64,000 nt of DNA, from assembly GCA_964016885.1 (NCBI GenBank), contig OZ024741.1:282472001-282536000 (forward strand). Direction: 5' to 3'. Below are positions 26,107 through 43,723 of this stretch, in pieces. The notes under the pieces were generated by a model. The model saw nothing but the letters and a program-made list of their open reading frames with translations. It was not told where the DNA came from and did no database searches. Position 1 is the first letter of the stretch; each line of letters opens with the position of its first letter. Made by a program: the position numbers and the translations under genes. This stretch comes from Eledone cirrhosa (lineage: Eukaryota).

Positions 26107-26166
26107 ATATATTATATATATATTATATATATATATATTATATATATATTATATATATATATATAT

Positions 26167-26221
<55 letters not shown>

Positions 26222-26715
26222 ATATATATAATATATTATATATTATATTATATATTATATATATATATATTATATATATATATATATTATATATATATTA
26301 TATATATATATATATTATATATATATATATTATATATATATTATATATATATTATATATATATTATATATATATATATTATATATTATATATATATATTA
26401 TATATATATATTATATATTATATATATATATATTATATATTATATATATATATATATTATATATATATTATATATTATATATTATATATATATTATATAT
26501 TATATATATATATATATATTATATATATATATATATAATATATATATATAATATATATTGTATATATATATATATATTGTATATATATATATATATTATA
26601 TATATATATTGTATATATATATATATATATTATATATATATATTGTATATATATATATATATATTATATATATATATATATAATATATATATATTGTATA
26701 TATATATATATATAT

Positions 26716-26746
<31 letters not shown>

Positions 26747-26797
26747 ATATATATATATATATAATATATATATTATATATATATATAATATATATAT

Positions 26798-26856
<59 letters not shown>

Positions 26857-27041
26857 ATATATATTGTAATATATATATATATATTATATATATATTATAT
26901 ATATATATATATATTATATATATATAATATAATATATATATTATATATATTATATATATATATATTATATATATATATATATAATATATATATTATATAT
27001 ATATATATTATATATATATATATATAATATATATATATATA

Positions 27042-27424
27042 TACTCCAGCCAGTAGGCATCTCTAACAAAATACACCCCGTCCACCACCACCACCCCCAC
27101 CCGATCCACACCACCCCGTTCTATGTAAAGTTATGTTGGTGCCGCGCCATCGAGGCCGAAACAAATGAGATCGTGTAGGTGTCACGACAAAAAAACACAC
27201 AGACCACGCTGTAATGTGGCCGTGTAGGCAACACGGTAAAAACCTCCCAGACCCACACTGTAAATGTGGTTGGTGTTAGGAAGGGCATCCAACTGTAGAA
27301 AACCTGCCAGACAGTCCTATGCGAGCAAGACAATCACTCTTGCCTCAAGTGGGACTACCCCCGTCCAAACCCATGCAAGCGTGGAACACGGACGTTAAAC
27401 GTTGATGATGATGATGATGATGAT
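27042..27424 (+). mobile_element. RTE LINE 3' UTR fragment
   Basis: Near-identical to 25486-25836; repeated at 32091-32474. Confidence 0.9.
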
Positions 27425-27673
27425 ATATATTATATATATATATATAATATATATATTATATATATATATTATATATATGCATTGTATATATATATATATT
27501 ATATATATATATTGTATATATAATATATATATATATATATTATATATATGCATTGTATATATATATATATTATATATATGCATTGTATATATATATATAT
27601 ATTATATATATATATTATATATATATTATATATATATATATTATATATATGTTGTATATATATATATATGTTA

Positions 27674-27720
<47 letters not shown>

Positions 27721-27740
27721 GTTGTATATATATATATATG

Positions 27741-27785
<45 letters not shown>

Positions 27786-28253
27786 GTTGTATATATATAT
27801 ATATGTTATATATATATTATATATATATATAATATATATATTATATATATATATATGTATATTATATATATTATATATATATATGTATATATTATATATA
27901 TATATATATTATATATATATTATATATATGTATATATATATTATATATATATATATAATATATATATTATATATATATTATATATATTATATATATATTA
28001 TATATATATATAATATATATATTATATATATGTTATATATATATATATTATATATATATATATTATATATATTATATATATATTATATATATATATAATA
28101 TATATATTATATATATATTATATATATATATATTATATATATATTATATATATATATATTATATATATATTATATATATAATATATATATTATATATATA
28201 TTATATATATATTATATATTTATATAATATATATATTATATATATTATATAAT

Positions 28254-28350
<97 letters not shown>

Positions 28351-28769
28351 TATATATATATTATATATATATATAATATATATATTATATATATTATATA
28401 TATATTATATATATATATATTATATATATATTATATATATAATATATATATTATATATATATATATTATATATATATTATATATAAAATATAATATTATA
28501 TATATATATAATATATATATTATATATATATTATATATATATTATATATATATATAATATATATATTATATATATTATATATATATTATATATATAATAT
28601 ATATATTATATATATATTATATATTATATATATATTATATATTATATATATATTATATATATAATATATATATTATATATATATTATATATATATATATT
28701 ATAGATATATTATATATATTATATATATATTATATATATTATATATATTATATATATATTATATATATA

Positions 28770-28812
<43 letters not shown>

Positions 28813-28990
28813 TATATATATATATATAATATATATATTATATATATATTATTTATATATATAATATATATATTATATATATATATATATTATATATATT
28901 ATATATATATATATAATATATATATTATATATATATTATTTATATATATAATATATATATTATATATATATTATTTATATATATAATATA

Positions 28991-29080
<90 letters not shown>

Positions 29081-29242
29081 ATATATTATATATATATATA
29101 TTATATATATATATATATTACATATATATATATATTACATATATATATATATATTACATATATATATATTATATATATATATTACATATATATATATATT
29201 ACATATATATATATATTACATATATATATATATATATATTAC

Positions 29243-29275
<33 letters not shown>

Positions 29276-29303
29276 ATTACATATATATATATATATATAT
29301 TAC

Positions 29304-29340
<37 letters not shown>

Positions 29341-29345
29341 ATTAC

Positions 29346-29376
<31 letters not shown>

Positions 29377-29404
29377 ATTATATATATATATTACATATAT
29401 ATAT

Positions 29405-29479
<75 letters not shown>

Positions 29480-29484
29480 ATTAC

Positions 29485-29536
<52 letters not shown>

Positions 29537-29541
29537 ATTAC

Positions 29542-29587
<46 letters not shown>

Positions 29588-29588
29588 A

Positions 29589-29625
<37 letters not shown>

Positions 29626-29640
29626 TATATATAATATTAC

Positions 29641-29685
<45 letters not shown>

Positions 29686-29700
29686 ATATATATATATTAC

Positions 29701-29731
<31 letters not shown>

Positions 29732-29769
29732 ATTACATATATATATATATATATATTATATAATATATT

Positions 29770-29802
<33 letters not shown>

Positions 29803-29808
29803 TATATA

Positions 29809-29860
<52 letters not shown>

Positions 29861-29884
29861 ATTACATATATATATATATATTAC

Positions 29885-29942
<58 letters not shown>

Positions 29943-29966
29943 ATTACATATATATATATATATTAC

Positions 29967-29999
<33 letters not shown>

Positions 30000-30068
30000 A
30001 TATATTATATATATATATTACATATATATATAATATATATTATATATTACATATATATATATATATAT

Positions 30069-30152
<84 letters not shown>

Positions 30153-30204
30153 ACATATATATATATATATATATATAATATATATATTATATATATATAT
30201 ATAT

Positions 30205-30299
<95 letters not shown>

Positions 30300-30331
30300 T
30301 ACATATATATATATATTACATATATATATAT

Positions 30332-30362
<31 letters not shown>

Positions 30363-30396
30363 TACATATATATATATATTACATATATATATATAC

Positions 30397-30427
<31 letters not shown>

Positions 30428-30605
30428 TACATATATATATATATTACATATATATATAATATATATATATAATATATATATATATATATTATATATATAT
30501 ATAATATATATATATAATATATATATATTATATATATATATATATATTATATATATATAATATATATATATTATATATATATATATATTATATATATATA
30601 TATAT

Positions 30606-30637
<32 letters not shown>

Positions 30638-30643
30638 ATATAT

Positions 30644-30691
<48 letters not shown>

Positions 30692-30698
30692 TTATTAC

Positions 30699-30731
<33 letters not shown>

Positions 30732-30766
30732 ATATTATATATATATTATATATATATATATATAAA

Positions 30767-30874
30767 GTCACATGCTTAGTGGTTAGAGCATTGGCCTTGC
30801 GATCAATTCTCGGACCGGGTGATATGTTGTTTCCTTGATCAAGACACTTTATTTCACATTGCCCCAGTTTACTG
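30767..30874 (+). mobile_element. CORE-SINE 5' head fragment (repeated at 35754-35862)
   Basis: GCTTAGTGGTTAGAGCATTGG...CCTTGATCAAGACACTTTATTTCACATTG. Confidence 0.75.
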
Positions 30875-30934
<60 letters not shown>

Positions 30935-30935
30935 C

Positions 30936-30985
<50 letters not shown>

Positions 30986-31118
30986 TATATATATAATATA
31001 TATTATATATATAATATATATATAATATATATATATAATATATATATATATATAATATATATTATATATATATTATATATATAATATATATTATATATAT
31101 ATATATATTATATATATA

Positions 31119-31163
<45 letters not shown>

Positions 31164-31164
31164 A

Positions 31165-31197
<33 letters not shown>

Positions 31198-31225
31198 TAT
31201 ATATATATTATATATATATATATAT

Positions 31226-31279
<54 letters not shown>

Positions 31280-31306
31280 ATATATATATATATATTATAT
31301 ATATAT

Positions 31307-31338
<32 letters not shown>

Positions 31339-31768
31339 ATATATTATATATATATTATATATATATATATATTATATATATATATATTATATATATATTA
31401 TATATATATTATATATATATTATATATATATATATTATATATTATATATATATATTATATATATATATTATATATTATATATATATATATTATATATTAT
31501 ATATATATATATATTATATATATATTATATATTATATATTATATATATATTATATATTATATATATATATATATTATATATATATATATATAATATATAT
31601 ATATAATATATATTGTATATATAATATATATTGTATATATATATATATATTATATATATATATTGTATATATATATATATATATTTAATATATATATTGT
31701 ATATATATATATATTATATTATATATATATATATATAATATATATATTGTATATATATATATATATAT

Positions 31769-31799
<31 letters not shown>

Positions 31800-32090
31800 A
31801 TATATATATATATATAATATATATATTATATATATATATAATATATATATTATATATATATATTATATATATTATATATATATATATATATATTATTATA
31901 TATATATATATATATTGTATATATATATATATATTATATATATATTATATATATATATATATATTATATATATATATATATAATATATATATTATATATA
32001 TTATATATATATATAATATATATATAATAATAATATATATATTATATATATATATATTATATATATATATATATAATATATATATATATA

Positions 32091-32474
32091 TACTCCAGCC
32101 AGTAGGCATCTCTAACAAAATACACCCCGTCCCACCACCACCACCCCCACCCGATCCACACCACCCCGTTCTATGTAAAGTTATGTTGGTGCCGCGCCAT
32201 CGAGGCCGAAACAAATGAGATCGTGTAGGTGTCACGACAAAAAAACACACAGACCACGCTGTAATGTGGCCGTGTAGGCAACACGGTAAAAACCTCCCAG
32301 ACCCACACTGTAAATGTGGTTGGTGTTAGGAAGGGCATCCAACTGTAGAAAACCTGCCAGACAGTCCTATGCGAGCAAGACAATCACTCTTGCCTCAAGT
32401 GGGACTACCCCCGTCCAAACCCATGCAAGCGTGGAACACGGACGTTAAACGTTGATGATGATGATGATGATGAT
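32091..32474 (+). mobile_element. RTE LINE 3' UTR fragment (duplicate of 27042-27424)
   Basis: Essentially identical sequence and flanking TA pattern, offset about 5050. Confidence 0.9.
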
Positions 32475-32794
32475 ATATATTATATATATATATATAATAT
32501 ATATATTATATATATATATATTATATATATGCATTGTATATATATATATATTATATATATATATTGTATATATAATATATATATATATATATTATATATA
32601 TGCATTGTATATATATATATATTATATATATGCATTGTATATATATATATATATTATATATATATATTATATATATATTATATATATATATATTATATAT
32701 ATGTTGTATATATATATATATGTTATATATATTATATATAATATATATATATATAATATATATTATATATATATGTTGTATATATATATATATG

Positions 32795-32841
<47 letters not shown>

Positions 32842-33137
32842 GTTGTATATATATATATATGTTATATATATATTATATATATATATAATATATATATTAT
32901 ATATATATATATGTATATATTATATATATTATATATATATATGTATATATTATATATATATATTATTATATATATATTATATATATGTATATATATATTA
33001 TATATATATATATAATATATATATTATATATATATTATATATATTATATATATATTATATATATATATATATATATTATATATATGTTATATATATATAT
33101 ATTATATATATATATATTATATATATTATATATATAT

Positions 33138-33172
<35 letters not shown>

Positions 33173-33321
33173 ATATATAATATATTATATATATATTATA
33201 TATATATATATTATATATATATTATATATAATATATATATTATATATATATTATATATATATTATATATTTATATAATATTATATTATATATATTATATA
33301 ATTATATATATATATATATAT

Positions 33322-33388
<67 letters not shown>

Positions 33389-33825
33389 TATATTATTATA
33401 TATATATTATATATATATATAATATATATATTATATATATTATATATATATTATATATATATATATTATATATATATTATATATATTATAATATATTATA
33501 TATATATATATTATAAATATATTATATATATAATATATATATTATATATATATATAATATATATATTATATATATATTATATATATATTATATATATATA
33601 TAATATATATATTATATATATTATATATATATTATATATATAATATATATATTATATATATATTATATATTATATATATATTATATATTATATATATATT
33701 ATATATATAATATATATATTATATATATATTATATATATATATATTATAGATATATTATATATATTATATATATATTATATATATTATATATATTATATT
33801 ATATTATATATATATATATATTATA

Positions 33826-33856
<31 letters not shown>

Positions 33857-34035
33857 TATATATATATATATAATATATATATTATATATATATTATATAT
33901 ATATATAATATATATATTATATATATTATATATATTATATATATTATTATATATATATATAATATATATATTATATATATATTATTATATATATAATATA
34001 TATATTATATATATATTATTTATATATATAATATA

Positions 34036-34074
<39 letters not shown>

Positions 34075-34287
34075 CTATATAATATATATATATATATTAT
34101 ATATATATATATATTATATATATAATATATATTATATATATATATATTATATAATATATATATTACTAATATATATATATTACATATATATATATATATT
34201 ACATATATATATATTATATATATATATTACATATATATATATATTACATATATATATATATTACATATATATATATATATATATTAC

Positions 34288-34320
<33 letters not shown>

Positions 34321-34389
34321 ATTACATATATATATATATATATATTACATATATATATATATATATATATAATTATATATATATATTAC

Positions 34390-34420
<31 letters not shown>

Positions 34421-34480
34421 ATTATATATATATATTACATATATATATTACATATATATATATAATATATATATATATAT

Positions 34481-34524
<44 letters not shown>

Positions 34525-34529
34525 ATTAC

Positions 34530-34598
<69 letters not shown>

Positions 34599-34615
34599 AT
34601 TATATATATAATTAC

Positions 34616-34660
<45 letters not shown>

Positions 34661-34745
34661 ATATATATATATTACATATATATATAGATATATATTATAT
34701 AAATATATTACATATATATATATATATATATTATATTATATATAT

Positions 34746-34781
<36 letters not shown>

Positions 34782-34787
34782 TATATA

Positions 34788-34839
<52 letters not shown>

Positions 34840-34868
34840 ATTATATATATATATATTACATATATATA

Positions 34869-34918
<50 letters not shown>

Positions 34919-34942
34919 ATTACATATATATATATATATTAC

Positions 34943-34975
<33 letters not shown>

Positions 34976-35090
34976 ATATATTATATATATATATTATCAT
35001 ATATATATATATATATATTATATATTACATATATATATATATATATTACATATATAATATTTATATATATATATTATATATATATATATT

Positions 35091-35126
<36 letters not shown>

Positions 35127-35191
35127 ATATATATATTACATATATATATATATATATATAGTATATATATATATTATATATATATATATAT

Positions 35192-35257
<66 letters not shown>

Positions 35258-35319
35258 CATATATATATATTATATATATATATATATTACATATATATAT
35301 ATATTACATATATATATAT

Positions 35320-35354
<35 letters not shown>

Positions 35355-35386
35355 CATATATATATATATTACATATATATATATAC

Positions 35387-35417
<31 letters not shown>

Positions 35418-35434
35418 TACATATTATATATATA

Positions 35435-35470
<36 letters not shown>

Positions 35471-35537
35471 TATATATATATTATATATATATATAATATA
35501 TATATAATATATATATATTATATATATATATATATAT

Positions 35538-35591
<54 letters not shown>

Positions 35592-35631
35592 ATTATATAT
35601 ATATATATATATATTAATATATATATATAAT

Positions 35632-35679
<48 letters not shown>

Positions 35680-35686
35680 TTATTAC

Positions 35687-35719
<33 letters not shown>

Positions 35720-35890
35720 ATATTATATATATATTATATATTATATATATAAAGTCACATGGCTTAGTGGTTAGAGCATTGGCCTTGCGATCAATTCTCG
35801 GACCGGGTGATATGTTGTTTCCTTGATCAAGACACTTTATTTCACATTGCCCCAGTTTACTGTATATATATATATGTATAAATATATATA

Positions 35891-35922
<32 letters not shown>

Positions 35923-35987
35923 CATATATATATACATATATATATATATTATACATATATATACATATATATACATTATAATATACA

Positions 35988-36083
<96 letters not shown>

Positions 36084-36116
36084 ATATATATATACATACA
36101 TATATTATATACATAC

Positions 36117-36161
<45 letters not shown>

Positions 36162-36174
36162 TATATATATACAC

Positions 36175-36205
<31 letters not shown>

Positions 36206-36282
36206 CATATATATATATACATATATATATATATACATATTGTTATACCTTGGGAGGGTCATGTTGCCAATAAGAAGCACAC

Positions 36283-36715
36283 GCACCAGTTGCTTTCACT
36301 TCAATTTAATTTAATATATATTTATAAATTTACAAATTTATAAATTTCTGGTTGGTTGGTTGGTTCCACAACCCAGATAGTTGTTTATATATATATAGTC
36401 ATAGTTCTTATCGTCACACACTCTGTGACCTCTTCAGTGACTGGGGATTTCTTTCTTCGTTTCTGTGCCTTCCTTTCTTCTATCCTACGCCATTTTCAAA
36501 TGAAAATGGCGTAGGATAGAAGAAAGGAAAGGCACAGAAACGAAGAAAGAAATCCCCAGTCACTGAAGAGGTCACAGAGTGTGTGACGAAAGAACTATGA
36601 CTATATATATATAAACAACTATCTGGTTGTGGAACCAACCAACCAACCAGAAATTTATAAATTTGTAAATTTATAAATATATATTAAATTAAATTGAAGT
36701 GAAAGCAACTGGTGC
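36283..36715. repeat. ~215-bp-arm fold-back palindrome ending at the assembly gap
   Basis: Centre CGCCATTTTCA-AA-TGAAAATGGCG at 36499-36500; arms differ only by a few single-base indels. Confidence 0.92.
36558..36602 (+). ncRNA. Minimal type I hammerhead motif (mirror copy on minus at 36397-36442)
   Basis: AGTCA-CTGAAGA-G-GTCAC-AGAGTGT-GTGAC-GAAAG-AA-CTA-TGACT. Confidence 0.7.
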
Positions 36716-36915
36716 NNNNNNNNNNNNNNNNNNNNNNNNNNNNNNNNNNNNNNNNNNNNNNNNNNNNNNNNNNNNNNNNNNNNNNNNNNNNNNNNNNNNN
36801 NNNNNNNNNNNNNNNNNNNNNNNNNNNNNNNNNNNNNNNNNNNNNNNNNNNNNNNNNNNNNNNNNNNNNNNNNNNNNNNNNNNNNNNNNNNNNNNNNNNN
36901 NNNNNNNNNNNNNNN
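36716..36915. other. Assembly gap (200 N)
   Basis: Run of N. Confidence 1.
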
Positions 36916-36960
36916 ATATATATATATATACATATATATACATATAATACATATATATAC

Positions 36961-36991
<31 letters not shown>

Positions 36992-37044
36992 CATATATAT
37001 ACATACATATATATACATATATATATATATACATATATATATAC

Positions 37045-37077
<33 letters not shown>

Positions 37078-37199
37078 CATATATATATACATATTATATA
37101 TATATATATATATATATACATATATATATACATATATATACACATATATATACATATATATATATACACATATATATACATATATATATATATATACAC

Positions 37200-37318
<119 letters not shown>

Positions 37319-37363
37319 TATACATATATATATATATACATATATATACATATATATATATAC

Positions 37364-37394
<31 letters not shown>

Positions 37395-37415
37395 CATATA
37401 TATACATATATATAC

Positions 37416-37502
<87 letters not shown>

Positions 37503-37503
37503 C

Positions 37504-38122
<619 letters not shown>

Positions 38123-38123
38123 C

Positions 38124-38392
<269 letters not shown>

Positions 38393-38393
38393 C

Positions 38394-38426
<33 letters not shown>

Positions 38427-38459
38427 CATATATATACATATATATATATATATACATAC

Positions 38460-38510
<51 letters not shown>

Positions 38511-38515
38511 CATAC

Positions 38516-38600
<85 letters not shown>

Positions 38601-38613
38601 CATATATATATAC

Positions 38614-38684
<71 letters not shown>

Positions 38685-39125
38685 CATACATATACATATA
38701 TATATATATATACATACATATATATATATACATACATATACATATATATATATATATACATACATATACATATATATATATATATACATACATATACATA
38801 TATATATATATATACATACATATACATATATATATATATATATACATACATATACATATATATATACATACATATACATATATATATATATATACATACA
38901 TATACATATATATATACATACATATACATATATATATATATATACATACATATACATATATATATATATATACATACATATACATATATATATATATATA
39001 CATACATATACATATATATATATATATACATACATATACATATATATATATATATACATACATATACATATATATATATATATACATACATATACATATA
39101 TATATATATATATACATATATATAC

Positions 39126-39169
<44 letters not shown>

Positions 39170-39209
39170 ATACATATACATATATATATATATATACATA
39201 CATATACAT

Positions 39210-39243
<34 letters not shown>

Positions 39244-39397
39244 ACATATATATACATATACATACATATACATATATATACATATACATACATATACATA
39301 TATATACATATATATACATATATATATACATACATATATATATACATACATATATATATACATACATATATATATACATACATATATATATACATAC

Positions 39398-39430
<33 letters not shown>

Positions 39431-39439
39431 CATATATAC

Positions 39440-39470
<31 letters not shown>

Positions 39471-39485
39471 CATATATATACATAC

Positions 39486-39552
<67 letters not shown>

Positions 39553-39579
39553 CATATATATATACATATATATATATAC

Positions 39580-39610
<31 letters not shown>

Positions 39611-39611
39611 C

Positions 39612-39660
<49 letters not shown>

Positions 39661-39673
39661 CATATATATATAC

Positions 39674-39720
<47 letters not shown>

Positions 39721-39737
39721 CATATACATATATATAC

Positions 39738-39784
<47 letters not shown>

Positions 39785-39798
39785 CATATATATATATA

Positions 39799-40090
39799 AC
39801 ATCAGCATTACTGTCTAACATCCATTTTTCCATGCTAGTATGGGTTACACAAGTTGTCCCATTGTAAGACAAGCCAGATCAGATGACCGTGTCTTGCACA
39901 TACAGAAATGATTTGGGCTTGATTTCTATGGCTGAATGCCCTTTCTAATGCCATCCTCATTTACAGTGTGTACTGGGTTCTTTTTATTGTATCAAGCATT
40001 TTGATGTATCACCAACACAATCACTTTACAGTTTGGACAGGGCACTTTTTGTAGTGGCACCAAAACGAACACTTTATAATGTGGACTGCA
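39799..40090 (-). mobile_element. SINE family B / RTE tail
   Basis: AACATCCATTTTTCCATGCTAGTATGGGTT...ATGCCCTTTCTAATGCC...TACAGTGTG modules. Confidence 0.8.
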
Positions 40091-40518
40091 AGCTGGGGCC
40101 CTGGGAACTTATCTGGTGAAGGGAAGAGTGTTATTAGACAGTGAGTTAGAGGAGGAGCTTCATGTGTATACATGTATATGTGTATGTATATATATATATA
40201 TACATATATATATGTATGTATACAGATATATATAAATAAATGTATACACGTATATACATAAACTCATATGTATATATATATATGTGTGTGTGTTTGTGTT
40301 TGTGTTGTATTTCCTGTATTCGCAGAGGTTACGTTCCTAGAGCACCTGCAAAGAGTAAAAAACTGCGAATATTGGACATAGTCCATAAAAAAGTCATGAA
40401 AAATCACGGAAGGTATTTACGATTCCGTGAATATGCGGTGGTTTCTACGAACAATTATTAGTCCAGTTCTAAGGAAATTTCCATGAATAACCACCGCCGC
40501 GAATGCCAGGGGTACACC

Positions 40519-40566
<48 letters not shown>

Positions 40567-40610
40567 ATGATATTAATAAATGGAAACTATATTTATAAAA
40601 CCATATTTAT

Positions 40611-40666
40611 TCTATTATATATATTTCACGGGTACCAAAACTTTGGTACGCTCTCATCAGATAAAA
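40611..40666 (-). ncRNA. Degenerate type I hammerhead motif in a TA-flanked Penelope-like remnant
   Basis: Minus strand TTTTAT-CTGATGA-GAGC-GTACCAA-AGTT-TTGGTAC-CCGT-GAAA-TATATAT-AATAGA. Confidence 0.5.
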
Positions 40667-40749
40667 TACAAAGTTTGTTTTATAAATATTGACATACCCT
40701 GGAATGATACCTTAACGGTTCAAGTTTCTCCTGGATAGATATCCCTTTG

Positions 40750-40799
<50 letters not shown>

Positions 40800-40802
40800 A
40801 TA

Positions 40803-41215
40803 AATACACCCAGTACATTCTGTAAAGTAGTTGGTGATAGGGAAGGCATCCGACCATAAAAAAAATTGCCAAATAAAGGGGTGAGAGGATCTCTGTCATA
40901 TCAAGGAAATAAGAGCCTCCCTAGTGTTGGTGATCTGCACGATAAACACATCAAGTGTAAAGCAGTTGGTGATAGGAAGGGCATCCAGCCGAAGAAAGTT
41001 TGCTAAACAAGGGGTTGGAAAGACCGTCAGTTGTGTCAAAAACGTGATAACCTCTCCTGTGCACTCGGTAGAATATGAAACCATACATAAACGAGATGCA
41101 GATCCTCTGCCCTGTCTGAGAAATCAGCGGCCTTACTTCACTACAAACTTGGTCTATATAGAACCGTCCAACCTTTGCTAGCAAGGCAAACGTTAAAACG
41201 ACGACGGTGATGATT
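40803..41215 (+). mobile_element. Two RTE-tail / SINE-B-like fragments
   Basis: GTTGGTGATAGG(G)AAGG(G)CATCC twice; ends GTTAAAACGACGACGGTGATGAT. Confidence 0.65.
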
Positions 41216-41367
41216 ATATATATATATATATATATACATAAAATATATATACATATATATTTGTAAATAATTATGAGTGGATTCCGATGGATATCGAGAC
41301 GTGACCACAGTTAAAAAAAAGTACTCAATATGTTAGTAGAGTATAGGCATCTTTATTTTATAGAGAA

Positions 41368-41414
41368 ATGACTTCTACAGGACTAGAACTGTTTCATATC
41401 ATCAGGAAAGTCAT
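41368..41414 (-). ncRNA. Hammerhead-like motif with stem II reduced to 3 nt
   Basis: Minus strand ATGACTTTC-CTGATGA-TAT-GAA-ACAG-TTCTAGTC-CTGT-A-GAAGTCAT. Confidence 0.55.
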
Positions 41415-42198
41415 ATGCATAAATACATATAAATATATATTTATAAAAATATATATACACATACGAACATAAATTATATATTTATATATAAACACATGAT
41501 TTATATTTGTATACACACATACAGAGAGAGAGAGAGAGGGAGGGGTGAGATTGAGCCATATTCTAAATATTTATCTATTCTTCTTTGACCTAACATGTGT
41601 CAAAAGTCCTGGCGACAGTAGAGCAGAGAGGGAGGGGAAGAATATACATTTGTTTACAAAACTTTTTACACCTCCAAGGTATTCTTTGCCCCGTTTTGCC
41701 AAGAAACACGTTTGTTTGTTTTGGGGTGGGTCGTATGATTTAACGAAATACACTTTTATTGTAGTAAATAATTTCGTGACACATTTTCGTTTTATTTTTA
41801 TACATTATTTAAAAATTTCATTTTTTTAGAACTTTTTCGTTAACATTATCAGAAACTGTGGCAACAAGTTGTCCAAATTGAAATAAACCCTTACGAAACT
41901 TAGTTCGGAGACATAATAGGAATAAGCATCCCATCCTTTAATATTTTTATATTATTTTGTGTTTTTATTATCAAAAACTAATTTTTTTTATGTTTTAAAC
42001 ATCGGCGATTACAAATTCAAATTTACGTTAAAGGGTGGTTGTTTATTTCAAAACTGTTCTACTTAAAGTTTATGTAGAAGGGGCAACATGTAAGTAGATC
42101 ACTTGTCGAAATATCTCACCATCACCTTTCAGAAGGTTTTTATTATAGTGAGGGTAATTTAACACGTTTGTATACATATACAATCACAGACATACGTG

Positions 42199-42241
<43 letters not shown>

Positions 42242-42348
42242 TATACAAAAGACATCTAAAAAGACTGGTTAGGTTCATGGGTTTTAAAAAGATGTGTAAG
42301 CATTAAAGAAGAATTTCCAAAGCAACCACCGAAGGCTTGGAATATCAG

Positions 42349-42377
42349 TTCCGCAAGATGGCGCCTCTTGGACCAAT
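42349..42377 (+). promoter_or_regulatory. Candidate promoter module: Ets-like TTCCG, YY1 site CAAGATGGCG and CCAAT
   Basis: CAGTTCCGCAAGATGGCGCCTCTTGGACCAATC in a locally CpG-retaining, non-repeat segment. Confidence 0.45.
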
Positions 42378-43014
42378 CTCGGTGAGAAACAAACATAAAC
42401 CGGCATCGAAAAAACTAACAATTACTTTTAACCCAACTAAAGACAGTTGTGTAGTAATATTGATAATTATAAGCAAAAGGAACGGCTTTCTATCTAAACT
42501 TTACTAGGATAGCATACAGCCGGTAGAAGACAAAAGGATGCTACTTCAGTTTGGTTTAAGATGGCATATATAAAAACATGAGTTTACTTTACCACATTCT
42601 GCTTAAACACTAGCAATTGAAACAAATAAGGAAACTGGCAACAGACGTGACAAGCTTGGCAATCACTATGCCAACATCTGGCCTAAACACTGGTAAAATA
42701 TTACTATGGACAGGGAAAACTGGACACAGGCGAGGGGAGTATTTGTAGGCAGTGAGATTAAATAAATATATATATATACAATAAACATACATGTGTGTAT
42801 AAACACATGTATTTATTTGTATATACATGTATGTGTGAGTGTCAAACCATGTGTAAGTATAATATATTTATCATATACATACGTAGTATTACACCTACAC
42901 ATCAATATACATAAGACTGCATTCATTAAATATATGTAGTTGTCGCTGAATGAGTGTTATGTTTATTGCACACACACACATATATATAAATAAATGTGTG
43001 TGTATATAAATAAA

Positions 43015-43102
<88 letters not shown>

Positions 43103-43188
43103 AATGTGTGTATGTATATATATATATAAATATATATGTGTGTGTATATATATATATATATATAAATGTGTGTGTGTATATAAATAAA

Positions 43189-43226
<38 letters not shown>

Positions 43227-43723
43227 GGGAGAGAGAGAGAGATGCACAAAATATTTGTTCGTTGAGAGAGTAACAACATAAACATGTTTTCAAATATTTA
43301 TAGACATTATAACGAGTGTTCAATAAACTGTAATATACAGTAAATAAATGTTTCGAAAGGAAAATAATACAGAAAACCAAAGCAGACGACAATGAAAACA
43401 TATATATTAAAAGAGATCGATATATATATAACGATCATGTATGTACCCGTCACAATATGTATATAAGTCTAAGCAACAAACAAAAAGATGAGATAAATAA
43501 TGAAGCTAAAGAGAGGTAAAATAAACTCCATAAAAGTATAAATATATATGTGGATCCACGTAGTAAAAAGAAGAATCCTATTGCCAGTATCCTAACTAGT
43601 TTAGCTGGGTTTTATTTTAGTTGTGTTGTTGGTGTTTTTTTTTTTTTTTTTTTTTTCTTGTAGTTTCAGTATTTTTAACTAAGTAAACGATTTCAACAGA
43701 TACTAAAGAAATATCACACTTAC

